IMG/VR virus record: IMGVR_UViG_3300012928_002096
Coordinates: 1,549 to 65,548 of that record
Strand: one strand, 5' to 3'
From: a virus
DNA length: 64,000 bases
The notes under the pieces were generated by a model. That model did no database searches and was not told the DNA's origin. It worked only from the letters and a program-made list of their open reading frames with translations. The position numbers were made by a program, and so were the translations under genes. This document shows, piece after piece, positions 46,182-54,869 of the stretch (position 1 is the first letter of the stretch; each line of letters starts with the position of its first letter).

Positions 46182-46460
46182 TTATAGCACAAAAAGCTGT
46201 ACAAGAGCAATCGAATTCATTAGTACAAACCAAGCACAAAGTACGATTGCAAAGGCTGCTTTTCTAATTACTGTACTTATAACACCAAGTATACTTCCTA
46301 ACAAATATAAGGGTATAAAAAGCTCAGTAGCAGGATCTAACACAGTAAAAGTTAAGATAACACTGGCTGCCATCAATACTGTAGTTTCAACCATCTCACA
46401 ATAAAAAGCCACGGGTGATAACCTATAGCTTTCTTTTATATATTCTAAAATCTTATTCAT
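46182..46460 (-). CDS. Small membrane protein
   Basis: Three hydrophobic segments. Confidence 0.7.
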   Translation of the reverse strand: MNKILEYIKESYRLSPVAFYCEMVETTVLMAASVILTFTVLDPATELFIPLYLLGSILGVISTVIRKAAFAIVLCAWFVLMNSIALVQLFVL

Positions 46461-46719
46461 CAGTATCGTAACCTGTGGTAGCTACGATTGTTTCTAAATC
46501 CTCAAATTCATCAGATACTCTACTCCAATCACGTTTTTGTGCAACTTTTATTGCTTTATTGATTAGACTAGGCTTTACGTTTAGTTCTTCGGCTACTGCT
46601 TTTACAGTTTCTTTCAGTCCACCTTGTAGATCTTCGATTTCCTGTAATACAGTTACACCTTCTTTCACTAGGCGTTCTAACTTGGCCTTTTCCTCTGGGC
46701 CATACACACGGTCACTCAT
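46453..46719 (-). CDS. T4 DsbA-like small dsDNA-binding protein
   Basis: LKETVKAVAEELNVKPSLINKAIK helical pattern; located upstream of DNA polymerase. Confidence 0.55.
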   Translation of the reverse strand: MSDRVYGPEEKAKLERLVKEGVTVLQEIEDLQGGLKETVKAVAEELNVKPSLINKAIKVAQKRDWSRVSDEFEDLETIVATTGYDTDE

Positions 46720-46744
46720 ATAGTACTCCTTAGTTATTTGTTTT

Positions 46745-46773
46745 ATAGTAATAGAATATTGTCAAAATGTCAA
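46745..46773 (-). promoter_or_regulatory. sigma70-type promoter upstream of the DNA polymerase operon
   Basis: TTGACA-N17-TACTAT. Confidence 0.75.
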
Positions 46774-47216
46774 GCTTTAAATGACCCATCTACGTGTTTA
46801 TCTATATGCGCCAATATTTCATATCCTATAATTTCTGCTTTGTAATCTTGGTGGTCACCTAAGTAAAGATACTTATATCCTTGTGACTTCATCCAAGCAG
46901 GAACGTGGTGACTGAAGCGCCAACCAATACGCTTCCAAGGTTGTTCGTAATTCCAAGCAAATTGTTGACTAAATCCTACTTTATCATTAGGATACATTAA
47001 GGTCTGCTCCCAAGCAATAAGTTTATTATTTTCGTATAAGCAGTTCCAGGCATAAAGGTCAATATCATCCTGATATAAAGGATGTACACTTTCAAAATTT
47101 TTATGTTTGCAATATGTTACAAATACTTCTGTTGCTTCTTTAAGTGTTGGTTTAACATTCACAATGTCTGGATCTAATTCATAGTCTATCTTAGATAAAT
47201 CTATTCTACCGTACAT
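46770..47216 (-). CDS. ATE/Bpt-like aminoacyl-tRNA-protein transferase (C-domain-like)
   Basis: SQQFAWNY...IG...GYKYLYLG...YKAEIIGYEIL resembles the ATE_C YxYLG...YK motif. Confidence 0.55.
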   Translation of the reverse strand: MYGRIDLSKIDYELDPDIVNVKPTLKEATEVFVTYCKHKNFESVHPLYQDDIDLYAWNCLYENNKLIAWEQTLMYPNDKVGFSQQFAWNYEQPWKRIGWRFSHHVPAWMKSQGYKYLYLGDHQDYKAEIIGYEILAHIDKHVDGSFKA

Positions 47217-47892
47217 AATAACCTAACCTTTGTTCTTTGAAATATGGTTCAATATCTTCATACCAATCTTCATAAGGATTATCTATCCATTGATAACCTT
47301 CTTTGACAAGAGATTCTTTATACTCTGTTGTTGTATCTTGCCATATTGGTATATATTCATTCCATTTATCTTCAGTGGTGCCATCTGGATTACCACTAGG
47401 ACGGAAATGTATTTCAATAGGATTGTTTTCTTTGTATTCTACATTAATGATAGGTATGTCTATGGCTGCTAAAGGTTTTGGCAATACAGGTATATCATCA
47501 CTTTTTTTCCATCTTGTGAATTTTATGACATTTGTTTTATCATTCCAGCCTTGCCAATTATGTAAACAGTTCCACTCGTTGTTTTCTTTATAATATGTTG
47601 TTGAAAAATGTCTGCCTTCAAAATACTCACACCAAAAATATCCTGGTGGTACACTTGAAATATCCCCTTTTTCTAAAACTTTTATTGTTGTACAAATACC
47701 CATTCCACCTAAATTATATATAGGTCTTATTACGTATTCTTTTGTTTCAGGAATTTCTGTAGCACCTGGACCGCAACTGTATCCCATTGTTTCAGCTAGG
47801 TATAATTTATTCCACCACTTGTGTAAGTGTGGTAGTTGATTGTAAAGTTCGCGTTCTTCTAGATCGTAATCATCTATCCACTTCAGGCTCAT
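47206..47892 (-). CDS. ATP-grasp-like protein
   Basis: YVIRPIYNLGGMG, WCEYFEGRHFS, INVEY...IEIHFR. Confidence 0.55.
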   Translation of the reverse strand: MSLKWIDDYDLEERELYNQLPHLHKWWNKLYLAETMGYSCGPGATEIPETKEYVIRPIYNLGGMGICTTIKVLEKGDISSVPPGYFWCEYFEGRHFSTTYYKENNEWNCLHNWQGWNDKTNVIKFTRWKKSDDIPVLPKPLAAIDIPIINVEYKENNPIEIHFRPSGNPDGTTEDKWNEYIPIWQDTTTEYKESLVKEGYQWIDNPYEDWYEDIEPYFKEQRLGYYVR

Positions 47893-50623
47893 ACTTTCTT
47901 CTTAATTCCATATATTTTTGTCTTGCCTTTTCGTAGTTAGGTATACCACCAAATAGTGTTTTCTTTCTTTGCTCTTCTTGCTGATAATTATAGCCAAAAT
48001 TGATGTTCGGGTTATCACGGGCAATATACAAAATAGGATTTAATGTTTGGAAAACTTCCATCATTATCTCGTCTTGTTTATTTCCGTCTAGAAGATCATA
48101 TTCCTTCATATACGCTTCAAGTTTGTCAACAATTTTCATTATATCAATTGAATCTATAAGTGCTTTTAATTCATCTGGTTTATCTTGTAAATCTTGTATT
48201 TGATCTAATTCAGCACGGATAGCATCAGCCTCTTTGATTATATTTTCACGTGCTATTTTTCTTGGATTTACACCAATTTTCTTCAACCTTGATGCAACAT
48301 CTTCTTCAGATGCCCACCAGTCTTTATCTTCTATGTCTGTTTGTAAATCACCATCATAATACTTGTCAACAATATCAAAGTCTTCTCTGCTAACCAAAGC
48401 CTTAAAAAGTTTTCTTAGCATTGGTTCGTCAACAGTGCTAAATATACCTGCAAATGATGGTCTGTCTAATGCTAATTTAAATTGATCAGCAGTGCCCTTA
48501 GGTGCTACAAATGCAATAACATTTAAAGGACTACCTTTTCCAATTGATTTTGCAAATCTATCTAACAATGCTGCCATATATGGATTAGACTCGGTTGTAT
48601 CTTCTTTGAAAAATTTATATGTCCAAGCATCATCACCTCTGCCACCTAATTCTTCTTCTAAAAACTGTCCTGTTTCTTGTTTGAAACCTGGATATATTGT
48701 TTCAAGATATACTTTTTTAGAATTGTTCATTTTAAACAATCTGTCTATAGCAGCTAAAATAAGGTCTTCTTTTCTACTTGCCAAATCACGGACTATGCTC
48801 ATTTCGTCATCGTCTAATTCTACTTTTTCTTCAGTGTCAGGAATTTCAAACTGTCTTGCGTCTAGTCCTTCTTGTTGATATCTTTCGTCAAAGTATATGT
48901 TTGCATTGCCGCCGTCTACTTCACCGTCGCCGTCATTGTCCTTACCATCGCCAACTAGCCATATTCTATCTTTTGCAATTGATTGTTCATAAAACAATGA
49001 AGGATCTGTACCTGCACTTTGATACACTGTGCCTTCTTCTATGATGCCTTTTAGTCTTAAAGGACCTAAAGGAGCATATTCTTGAAATGGAGGCAAATGT
49101 GCATAAAATCTAACCATTTCTGGATATGTTTTATTCATTACATCAATGAATGCCTGTATTGCTCCATTTGTTTCTTCTGCAGAAGGTTGCCTATACAAGT
49201 CTGGCAACTCACCGCCGCTTTGTGATATTGCTTCTTTTAATAATTTATCTTCTAAAAGCACATCAAAAACTTCAGGTTCTATATCTGGTCTATCTCTAGA
49301 CATAACACGCATAATTTCAAATTGCTTTCCGTCGCTGGACACAGTTATACTATCATCTGTAAACTGAATTGCACTATGATATAGTCTTGGATTGATTCTT
49401 TTTATTCTAATTAGATGTGCTATGAATATACGGTTATATAGATCTGGACTTAATTCGTCTACCATACGTTGACTTAGTATTTTATTTGTTAATGCATTGT
49501 ATTCTTTTGCAACTATGTCATAATCTTTAGCATTAGCAAGTTGCATTAATGCTTCTTCGATGCTCATTTCGTCACTTTGAACACGAGCAGAAGTAAAAAC
49601 AGCAAAATAATTATTTTTAAATGCTTTTTCTATTTTTTCTGCTAATTGTCTTGCAGTGATTTGGTCAATGTTTGCTGTATCATTTTGTTCCGACTTAGCA
49701 TCTTCAGCTGCTTGCTTTTCGATTCTATCTTGAATACCAGCAGTATTACGTTCAAATTGAAATTGTGCAATACCTGCAAAGTGTAGATACAATAATTTTG
49801 GTTTAGTTAATTCTTCTCTTGCTATTTTAGGACCTAAGTAGGTAACTTGTAAAAATCTAAGTCTTTCAAAATCTGGTATTAGGTTAACCATTCCACCAAT
49901 TTTATTTTGTGTTTTGAAATTAGGACTTAAAGGACGTAAAACAGCTCTCAAATTATCAAATAATATATCAGCATTACGAGATTTATTAAGTATTAAATCT
50001 ATTGTATCGTCAGCCCAGTCTTTTATATTTTTTTCAGTTTGCCCACCAAAATTTTGGCCTTTCCATTGTTCGTTTATAATAGGAGTTATTACAGCAGCCC
50101 AACCATCTCTACCTATTGATTGTAAAAAACTTGCATAATCTGTAACTTGAGATACATCGCTATTTGCAAACTTTTGTCCATCAAATGCTCTACGTACTTT
50201 TTTGAAGTTAGCCAACGCATTATCTAGTTCTCTATTCTTTAAGAAACCTAAGTTGTTCAAAGGAGCTAGTAAAAGTTTACCATCTTCTTGATTTATAACA
50301 CCATTAATTGTAAGAGGTCTTACTTTTGTGTTATCTGCCATATCTGCAATTTGTATATTAATACTTTTTTGCCATCTTCGTATAGCATTACCTAATGCTT
50401 GGTCAAAAACTCCTGTTTCTCCGCCAGTCCACGCTTTTGTATTATTGGGCCACCACGAACCTTCTTGTCTTTCTCCGAGTGCTAAACTGTGTTTTGCCAT
50501 TGCTCGTTGTATTGATTTGATTAGTTCTTTATCAACACTGTCAGGGCCTACATAAACGTTGATGTTTCTGTTGCCAGCAAAGGCCTGTAAAGCATCTTCT
50601 TTTAAGACGTCAAAAAGTTTCAT
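47870..50623 (-). CDS. Large virion-associated protein with a PG-binding-like N-terminus and two annexin-like repeats
   Basis: IKSIQRAM...GVFDQALGNAIRRWQ; two A..(I/F)..A...DE...(D)Y/F..V...Y...L repeats; DNDGDGEVDG. Confidence 0.55.
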   Translation of the reverse strand: MKLFDVLKEDALQAFAGNRNINVYVGPDSVDKELIKSIQRAMAKHSLALGERQEGSWWPNNTKAWTGGETGVFDQALGNAIRRWQKSINIQIADMADNTKVRPLTINGVINQEDGKLLLAPLNNLGFLKNRELDNALANFKKVRRAFDGQKFANSDVSQVTDYASFLQSIGRDGWAAVITPIINEQWKGQNFGGQTEKNIKDWADDTIDLILNKSRNADILFDNLRAVLRPLSPNFKTQNKIGGMVNLIPDFERLRFLQVTYLGPKIAREELTKPKLLYLHFAGIAQFQFERNTAGIQDRIEKQAAEDAKSEQNDTANIDQITARQLAEKIEKAFKNNYFAVFTSARVQSDEMSIEEALMQLANAKDYDIVAKEYNALTNKILSQRMVDELSPDLYNRIFIAHLIRIKRINPRLYHSAIQFTDDSITVSSDGKQFEIMRVMSRDRPDIEPEVFDVLLEDKLLKEAISQSGGELPDLYRQPSAEETNGAIQAFIDVMNKTYPEMVRFYAHLPPFQEYAPLGPLRLKGIIEEGTVYQSAGTDPSLFYEQSIAKDRIWLVGDGKDNDGDGEVDGGNANIYFDERYQQEGLDARQFEIPDTEEKVELDDDEMSIVRDLASRKEDLILAAIDRLFKMNNSKKVYLETIYPGFKQETGQFLEEELGGRGDDAWTYKFFKEDTTESNPYMAALLDRFAKSIGKGSPLNVIAFVAPKGTADQFKLALDRPSFAGIFSTVDEPMLRKLFKALVSREDFDIVDKYYDGDLQTDIEDKDWWASEEDVASRLKKIGVNPRKIARENIIKEADAIRAELDQIQDLQDKPDELKALIDSIDIMKIVDKLEAYMKEYDLLDGNKQDEIMMEVFQTLNPILYIARDNPNINFGYNYQQEEQRKKTLFGGIPNYEKARQKYMELRRKYEPEVDR

Positions 50624-51370
50624 TTACATTCCCATTTTTTTATTCAGTGCAGCATATAGTTGGTCTTTTATACTTTCAACACTAGATTCTTTGGCCATTT
50701 TTGTAGCAGTGGCGTACATAACAGCTTTAGCATCTTTGCCATAACGGTCTTTGAAATCACCTTTATTCTTTTTCATACCTTTGACGTACTTTTCTTTTTT
50801 CTTTTCCTCGCCTTTGGTAAGTTCACGTTCACTTATTGACTCTTCCATACTAGTAGCTGCCGCTTGTGCTGCTTTTTGTATTTCAGGTTCACTAGCATCT
50901 GGCATTATTGCCTTAATAGCACGATATATTGCTTTGTATAATTCTCCTGTAGGACTAAAACCAATTTTTTTAGCAATACTTCCTTGCCCAAAACTTTTAT
51001 CTATTGCTTTAGTAAATGCATCATCATCTGCTTCGCCTACAAGTTTGCCTCTAGCAGGGTGTGGAGTTTCATTACCACCTGGTTTACTTTTTTTCTTAAT
51101 AGCATCTTTTGCTTTAAGTTGTCCTTCTGAGCCTGTTTTATAGCCTTCAGTTAAAGTAATACCAGCAAGTGCAGCAAAGTCACTTACACTGTAATCTTTA
51201 TCCATTTGTAATGAACCTTCTGGCACTGTTGCACTTTCTGTAATGAAATCTACTTTTGCTTCAGGTGCTGGAGCATTGCCACCTGCTTGTGCTCTTAGTG
51301 CTTCAAGTTCTTGCTTTGGATCTACAGGATCCATAGCGAATAGTTTGTGCTGTAGTGCATTATAATCCAT
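50624..51370 (-). CDS. Probable internal head protein with Lys-rich module
   Basis: SE-RELTKGEEKKKEKYVKGMKK...YATATKMAKE. Confidence 0.65.
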   Translation of the reverse strand: MDYNALQHKLFAMDPVDPKQELEALRAQAGGNAPAPEAKVDFITESATVPEGSLQMDKDYSVSDFAALAGITLTEGYKTGSEGQLKAKDAIKKKSKPGGNETPHPARGKLVGEADDDAFTKAIDKSFGQGSIAKKIGFSPTGELYKAIYRAIKAIMPDASEPEIQKAAQAAATSMEESISERELTKGEEKKKEKYVKGMKKNKGDFKDRYGKDAKAVMYATATKMAKESSVESIKDQLYAALNKKMGM

Positions 51371-51495
51371 TAATTTTTCCTTTTCTTCTTACCAGCGCAA
51401 TGTGCCTTTTGTGAGAAGCCTTTGGGATTAGAGCAGTTAATACTTTTTTTGTATTTAGAACTCCACTTTTCCTTTATAACTTCTTTTATTTTCAT
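51370..51495 (-). CDS. Basic microprotein (below ORF-track cutoff)
   Basis: MKIKEVIKEKWSSKYKKSINCSNPKGFSQKAHCAGKKKRKN*, TAATG-coupled. Confidence 0.7.
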   Translation of the reverse strand: MKIKEVIKEKWSSKYKKSINCSNPKGFSQKAHCAGKKKRKN

Positions 51496-52158
51496 TTACA
51501 TTTTTACACAGTTATCTACTGTCTTGCCGCCTTTTTTCTTAGTACCCATACGCTTGTAGCCTTTCCAGCATACTTTGCCGTCTACGCCTTTTTGCTTTTC
51601 TTCTGGTAATGTAGTGTAACTAGGGTTACCACAATCTGGGCAACACCCTATGTTTTCGGTGATTTCTTTCATTTTCATAGCTAAACTTCCTTTATATGTG
51701 CTAAATTCCTCTTTTGTTAGAACTGGTTTGTGACGCTTTGGTTTTGCGGATTCTGGTAGTTTAGGTGAATCCATATTCATTTCATAATCTAAACTGTGGA
51801 ATACGCTGCTCAAATAGTCTGCTGCTTTTGTGATTTTGGCTTGCTGCCAACCTTCAATGCCCTCTGCTTCACTTACGTTTTTCATCATTTCGTGTAGCTT
51901 GATAGCATACTTTGCGATCTTATACAAATCACTACGAGCCATTTGTACTTCGTGATCACGCTCCGCGGCATCTGCTAGATCCGCAAGACCTTCTTTAACT
52001 TTCTTTTTTGGAAGATGTTTATCTTTGATTGCGCCTTTTTCTTCTTCGCTTGCGCCTTCGCGACCAGCCTTCTGTAGTTCCTCAAAACCTTTTTTACCGT
52101 ATTTTTTAATACCTATGTGTCTTTGAAGGCCGCTTTCTTTTGTGGCTTTTTCAGTCAT
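51496..52158 (-). CDS. Probable internal head protein, modular
   Basis: DHEVQMARSDL...WQQAKITKAADYL domain; C-terminal CWKGYKRMGTKKKGGKTVDNCV module. Confidence 0.7.
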   Translation of the reverse strand: MTEKATKESGLQRHIGIKKYGKKGFEELQKAGREGASEEEKGAIKDKHLPKKKVKEGLADLADAAERDHEVQMARSDLYKIAKYAIKLHEMMKNVSEAEGIEGWQQAKITKAADYLSSVFHSLDYEMNMDSPKLPESAKPKRHKPVLTKEEFSTYKGSLAMKMKEITENIGCCPDCGNPSYTTLPEEKQKGVDGKVCWKGYKRMGTKKKGGKTVDNCVKM

Positions 52159-52185
52159 TATAATGCTCCAATAGTAATTACTATA

Positions 52186-52374
52186 CTATTTATCTTTAGA
52201 GCGTTTACTGTTCTTCTTCTTAGGCTTGCCACCTAGGATGTTTGTGTCAATATCTAAGGCATTTTTTACTGTGCCATCTGGGTTTTTCATTTGTCTACTG
52301 ACCAATCCACCAACAGGCGCTGCTACTGTTGCTACTGCGGCTGCTGTTGTTTCACATAACTCTTTTATCTTCAT
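52186..52374 (-). CDS. Small basic protein with leader MKIKELCE
   Basis: 62 aa, Ala-rich then Lys-rich. Confidence 0.65.
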   Translation of the reverse strand: MKIKELCETTAAAVATVAAPVGGLVSRQMKNPDGTVKNALDIDTNILGGKPKKKNSKRSKDK

Positions 52375-53105
52375 TTTTTCTTTCTACCTGATTTCATATT
52401 CGCACACCAGTGATACATTTTTGCCTTTTCACCGCTTGCTTTTTTAGCACGTTTACGTAAATCTGTTACACTACCATTACAACTAGCACCTGAACGCTTT
52501 ACACGCCCTGGTCTGCTTTTGCCTTTTTTCTTACCATCTGCAAAGTTTTCACCAACTGCTTGTTTAATTGCTTTTGCTGTTCGTTCAAACTTGTGATCTT
52601 TATACTTAAAGCCAATTCCTCCAGCATCTTCCCAAGCATTTATATTAACACCGTAATCGTCAATTAATATGTTAGGACTACCATCTTCGTTTTTGGCAAA
52701 CTTTGGTTTGTTATGTGTAATAAACACATCTTTTGGCGGAAAAAATGCTAGATTATTTTTTATCCATTCACGCTTATGTGGTTCTGATCTTGGATCATCA
52801 GCTAATGGTGAACTACATATAAAATATTGCCCTTTTACTTTTTTAACAAGTCCTAGTAGATCTTTTGCTTGGGGCAGTAAAGGTAAATTCAACCAAAATT
52901 CATCAGTGTCTCTTATTTTTTGTAGTGCATCATCTATGTTATGTTGTTTGTTAATTTGTGTAAAATGGTCAACTTGCATTATTTTAGCCCATTCACCAAA
53001 AAAGTCAGCAAGAACACCATCCATATCAATATAGATTTCTGTATTAGGATTTAATCCTATTTCCTCTCTAAGGTTAATAAAATTTTCTAATTCACCAATC
53101 TTCAT
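52371..53105 (-). CDS. 5'(3')-deoxyribonucleotidase (HAD, NT5C-like) with basic C-terminal module
   Basis: YIDMDGVLADF, ICSSP, ILIDDY..NINAW..AGGIG. Confidence 0.85.
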   Translation of the reverse strand: MKIGELENFINLREEIGLNPNTEIYIDMDGVLADFFGEWAKIMQVDHFTQINKQHNIDDALQKIRDTDEFWLNLPLLPQAKDLLGLVKKVKGQYFICSSPLADDPRSEPHKREWIKNNLAFFPPKDVFITHNKPKFAKNEDGSPNILIDDYGVNINAWEDAGGIGFKYKDHKFERTAKAIKQAVGENFADGKKKGKSRPGRVKRSGASCNGSVTDLRKRAKKASGEKAKMYHWCANMKSGRKKK

Positions 53106-53430
53106 TATCGTTCTCTGTTAGTGCAGCAAATATTCTACCTGGTTTTTTAGGTTTTTGCACTACTTCTTCTAATGTATGTCCACCTTCCATAATTGCTAAT
53201 TCATATGCACTATAACACGGAACTTCATTTTCTGCAAGTCCTAAATTATATAATACATTTGTGCTATTACCCTTAACTTTTTTCTTATGTGTTGGTGGGC
53301 GTCCATCTTTATCGACCTTAAAGCCAAACTTTGCTGCTTCTATACTGGTTTGATTAGGTCCTACGTCCGGTGTTGTGTTAACACCTTTTACAATTCTACC
53401 TACGCCTTCATCTAAATCATAAATTCTCAT
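53092..53430 (-). CDS. Hypothetical protein with leader MRIYDLDE
   Basis: GVGRIVKGVNTTPDV...FGFKVDKDGRPP. Confidence 0.7.
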   Translation of the reverse strand: MRIYDLDEGVGRIVKGVNTTPDVGPNQTSIEAAKFGFKVDKDGRPPTHKKKVKGNSTNVLYNLGLAENEVPCYSAYELAIMEGGHTLEEVVQKPKKPGRIFAALTENDNEDW

Positions 53431-53657
53431 TTTGATTTTTTCCTGCTGCGTAAACCTGGAGGATACTCTTGTCCTTTCCAGTACGGACGGCTAAACCATA
53501 ATTTGAACCAATCTTCATCGCCGGGTTGTATATTATTCTTACGTTGTATTCTTGCTTTTTCAGTGCCTGTGTGACTTATATTTTCAGGCACATATGGTGT
53601 AAATCCTGTAAATTTATTCTTAATACCAGCAAGGTGTTGTAAGTCGGCGATATCCAT
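53427..53657 (-). CDS. Small hypothetical protein
   Basis: 76 aa, IQPGDEDWFKLWFSRP. Confidence 0.7.
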   Translation of the reverse strand: MDIADLQHLAGIKNKFTGFTPYVPENISHTGTEKARIQRKNNIQPGDEDWFKLWFSRPYWKGQEYPPGLRSRKKSK

Positions 53658-54181
53658 TATGTTGCCGCTTTTCTTGCCTGTACAATTGCCCTCGCTAAAT
53701 CTGCTGGTGCTGCTCTTGGGAACTCTCTTCTCATATCAGCGAGCAACTGTTTGTCTGTTTTGTAATTAAGGCGTTTTTTTGCATATCTCATATAATCCTT
53801 AAATGGATCTTTTTTACCGTGCATAATTCTATCGCCAATACCTTTAACAAAATCCACAACGCCTTCGGTGACTTCTTCCATTTCGTCATTAATAAGTTCA
53901 CCAACAATCATTTTGATATCTTGTTTATTAAGTAGTTCATTAGGAGCAAAAGGTAATTGATATTTTGCACAGTAATTTTTTAATCCGTTGTTGACCATAT
54001 CATACAAGCCTTTTGTTTGCTTGCTTTTTTTATAATCTTCAAACGCAGGAAAAAATGACTTCCTATAAAACATAGGATCGTTTCTAATATATATTTTTAA
54101 GTCTTCCGCAACGTCATAATCTGGACTTGGATAGATTTCTTTAGGAATATCTATGTCGTGGAATTCATTAATTTTTACCAT
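53657..54181 (-). CDS. Hypothetical protein
   Basis: 174 aa; NDPMFYRK domain plus VTE-GVVDFVKG module. Confidence 0.7.
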   Translation of the reverse strand: MVKINEFHDIDIPKEIYPSPDYDVAEDLKIYIRNDPMFYRKSFFPAFEDYKKSKQTKGLYDMVNNGLKNYCAKYQLPFAPNELLNKQDIKMIVGELINDEMEEVTEGVVDFVKGIGDRIMHGKKDPFKDYMRYAKKRLNYKTDKQLLADMRREFPRAAPADLARAIVQARKAAT

Positions 54182-54299
54182 TTTCTTCTAACCTTTTTTT
54201 GAGATTTTCTATCTCTTTTTTTAATGCTTCAATTGTTTCTTGTGCCTTTTTAAGCTCTTCTAGTCCTCTATATCCGTATTCAGTATAGCCATCTACCAT
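54168..54299 (-). CDS. Small coiled-coil peptide (below ORF-track cutoff)
   Basis: MVDGYTEYGYRGLEELKKAQETIEALKKEIENLKKRLEENGKN*. Confidence 0.45.
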   Translation of the reverse strand: MVDGYTEYGYRGLEELKKAQETIEALKKEIENLKKRLEENGKN

Positions 54300-54865
54300 T
54301 TTCTACAACTCCAGTAACGTGCCTTATGACGCGGTCCTGGATTGTCGCAGTTATGTCTAGCACGAAAACTTCTGCGTCTTGCAGCATTGTTCTTTTTAAT
54401 TTTCATACCTTTTTGTCCAAAGTTTACTTTTACAACATTACCTTTTGGATTTTTGACATATACTTTAAACTTCTTTACATCACCTGCCATAGGCTTGCCT
54501 AGTTTAACTTTACGTCCTTGATATTCTGCTTCCCATACACCGTCTTCATCAACGTATCCAGGGTAACCAAAATATTCGTGAAAGTCTTGATCGTCCTCAA
54601 GAGTAATTTCACTTACATTATCAAAGTCTTCCGTTGCGTTTATTTCGAAATCATTAAGTCCTAGTTCAAATAGTTTCATTGCTACTCCTTCTATTTCATT
54701 TTCATTCAATGCAAACGGAGTGTCAATAGTAACTGTAGAAGAATTATTGTTTTCTTCTAAGGTATATTCACTTACATTTTCTAATAGTTCATTACTTGCA
54801 GTAGATACAGTTTCTGCTACAAGTTGATGATCAAAGTCTGCAAAGGTTATACTTAAATAGTGCAT
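54293..54865 (-). CDS. Protein with acidic N-domain and basic C-terminal module
   Basis: EAEYQGRKVKLGKP...RRSFRARHNCDNPGPRHKARYWSCRKW. Confidence 0.75.
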   Translation of the reverse strand: MHYLSITFADFDHQLVAETVSTASNELLENVSEYTLEENNNSSTVTIDTPFALNENEIEGVAMKLFELGLNDFEINATEDFDNVSEITLEDDQDFHEYFGYPGYVDEDGVWEAEYQGRKVKLGKPMAGDVKKFKVYVKNPKGNVVKVNFGQKGMKIKKNNAARRRSFRARHNCDNPGPRHKARYWSCRKW

Positions 54866-54869
54866 AATA

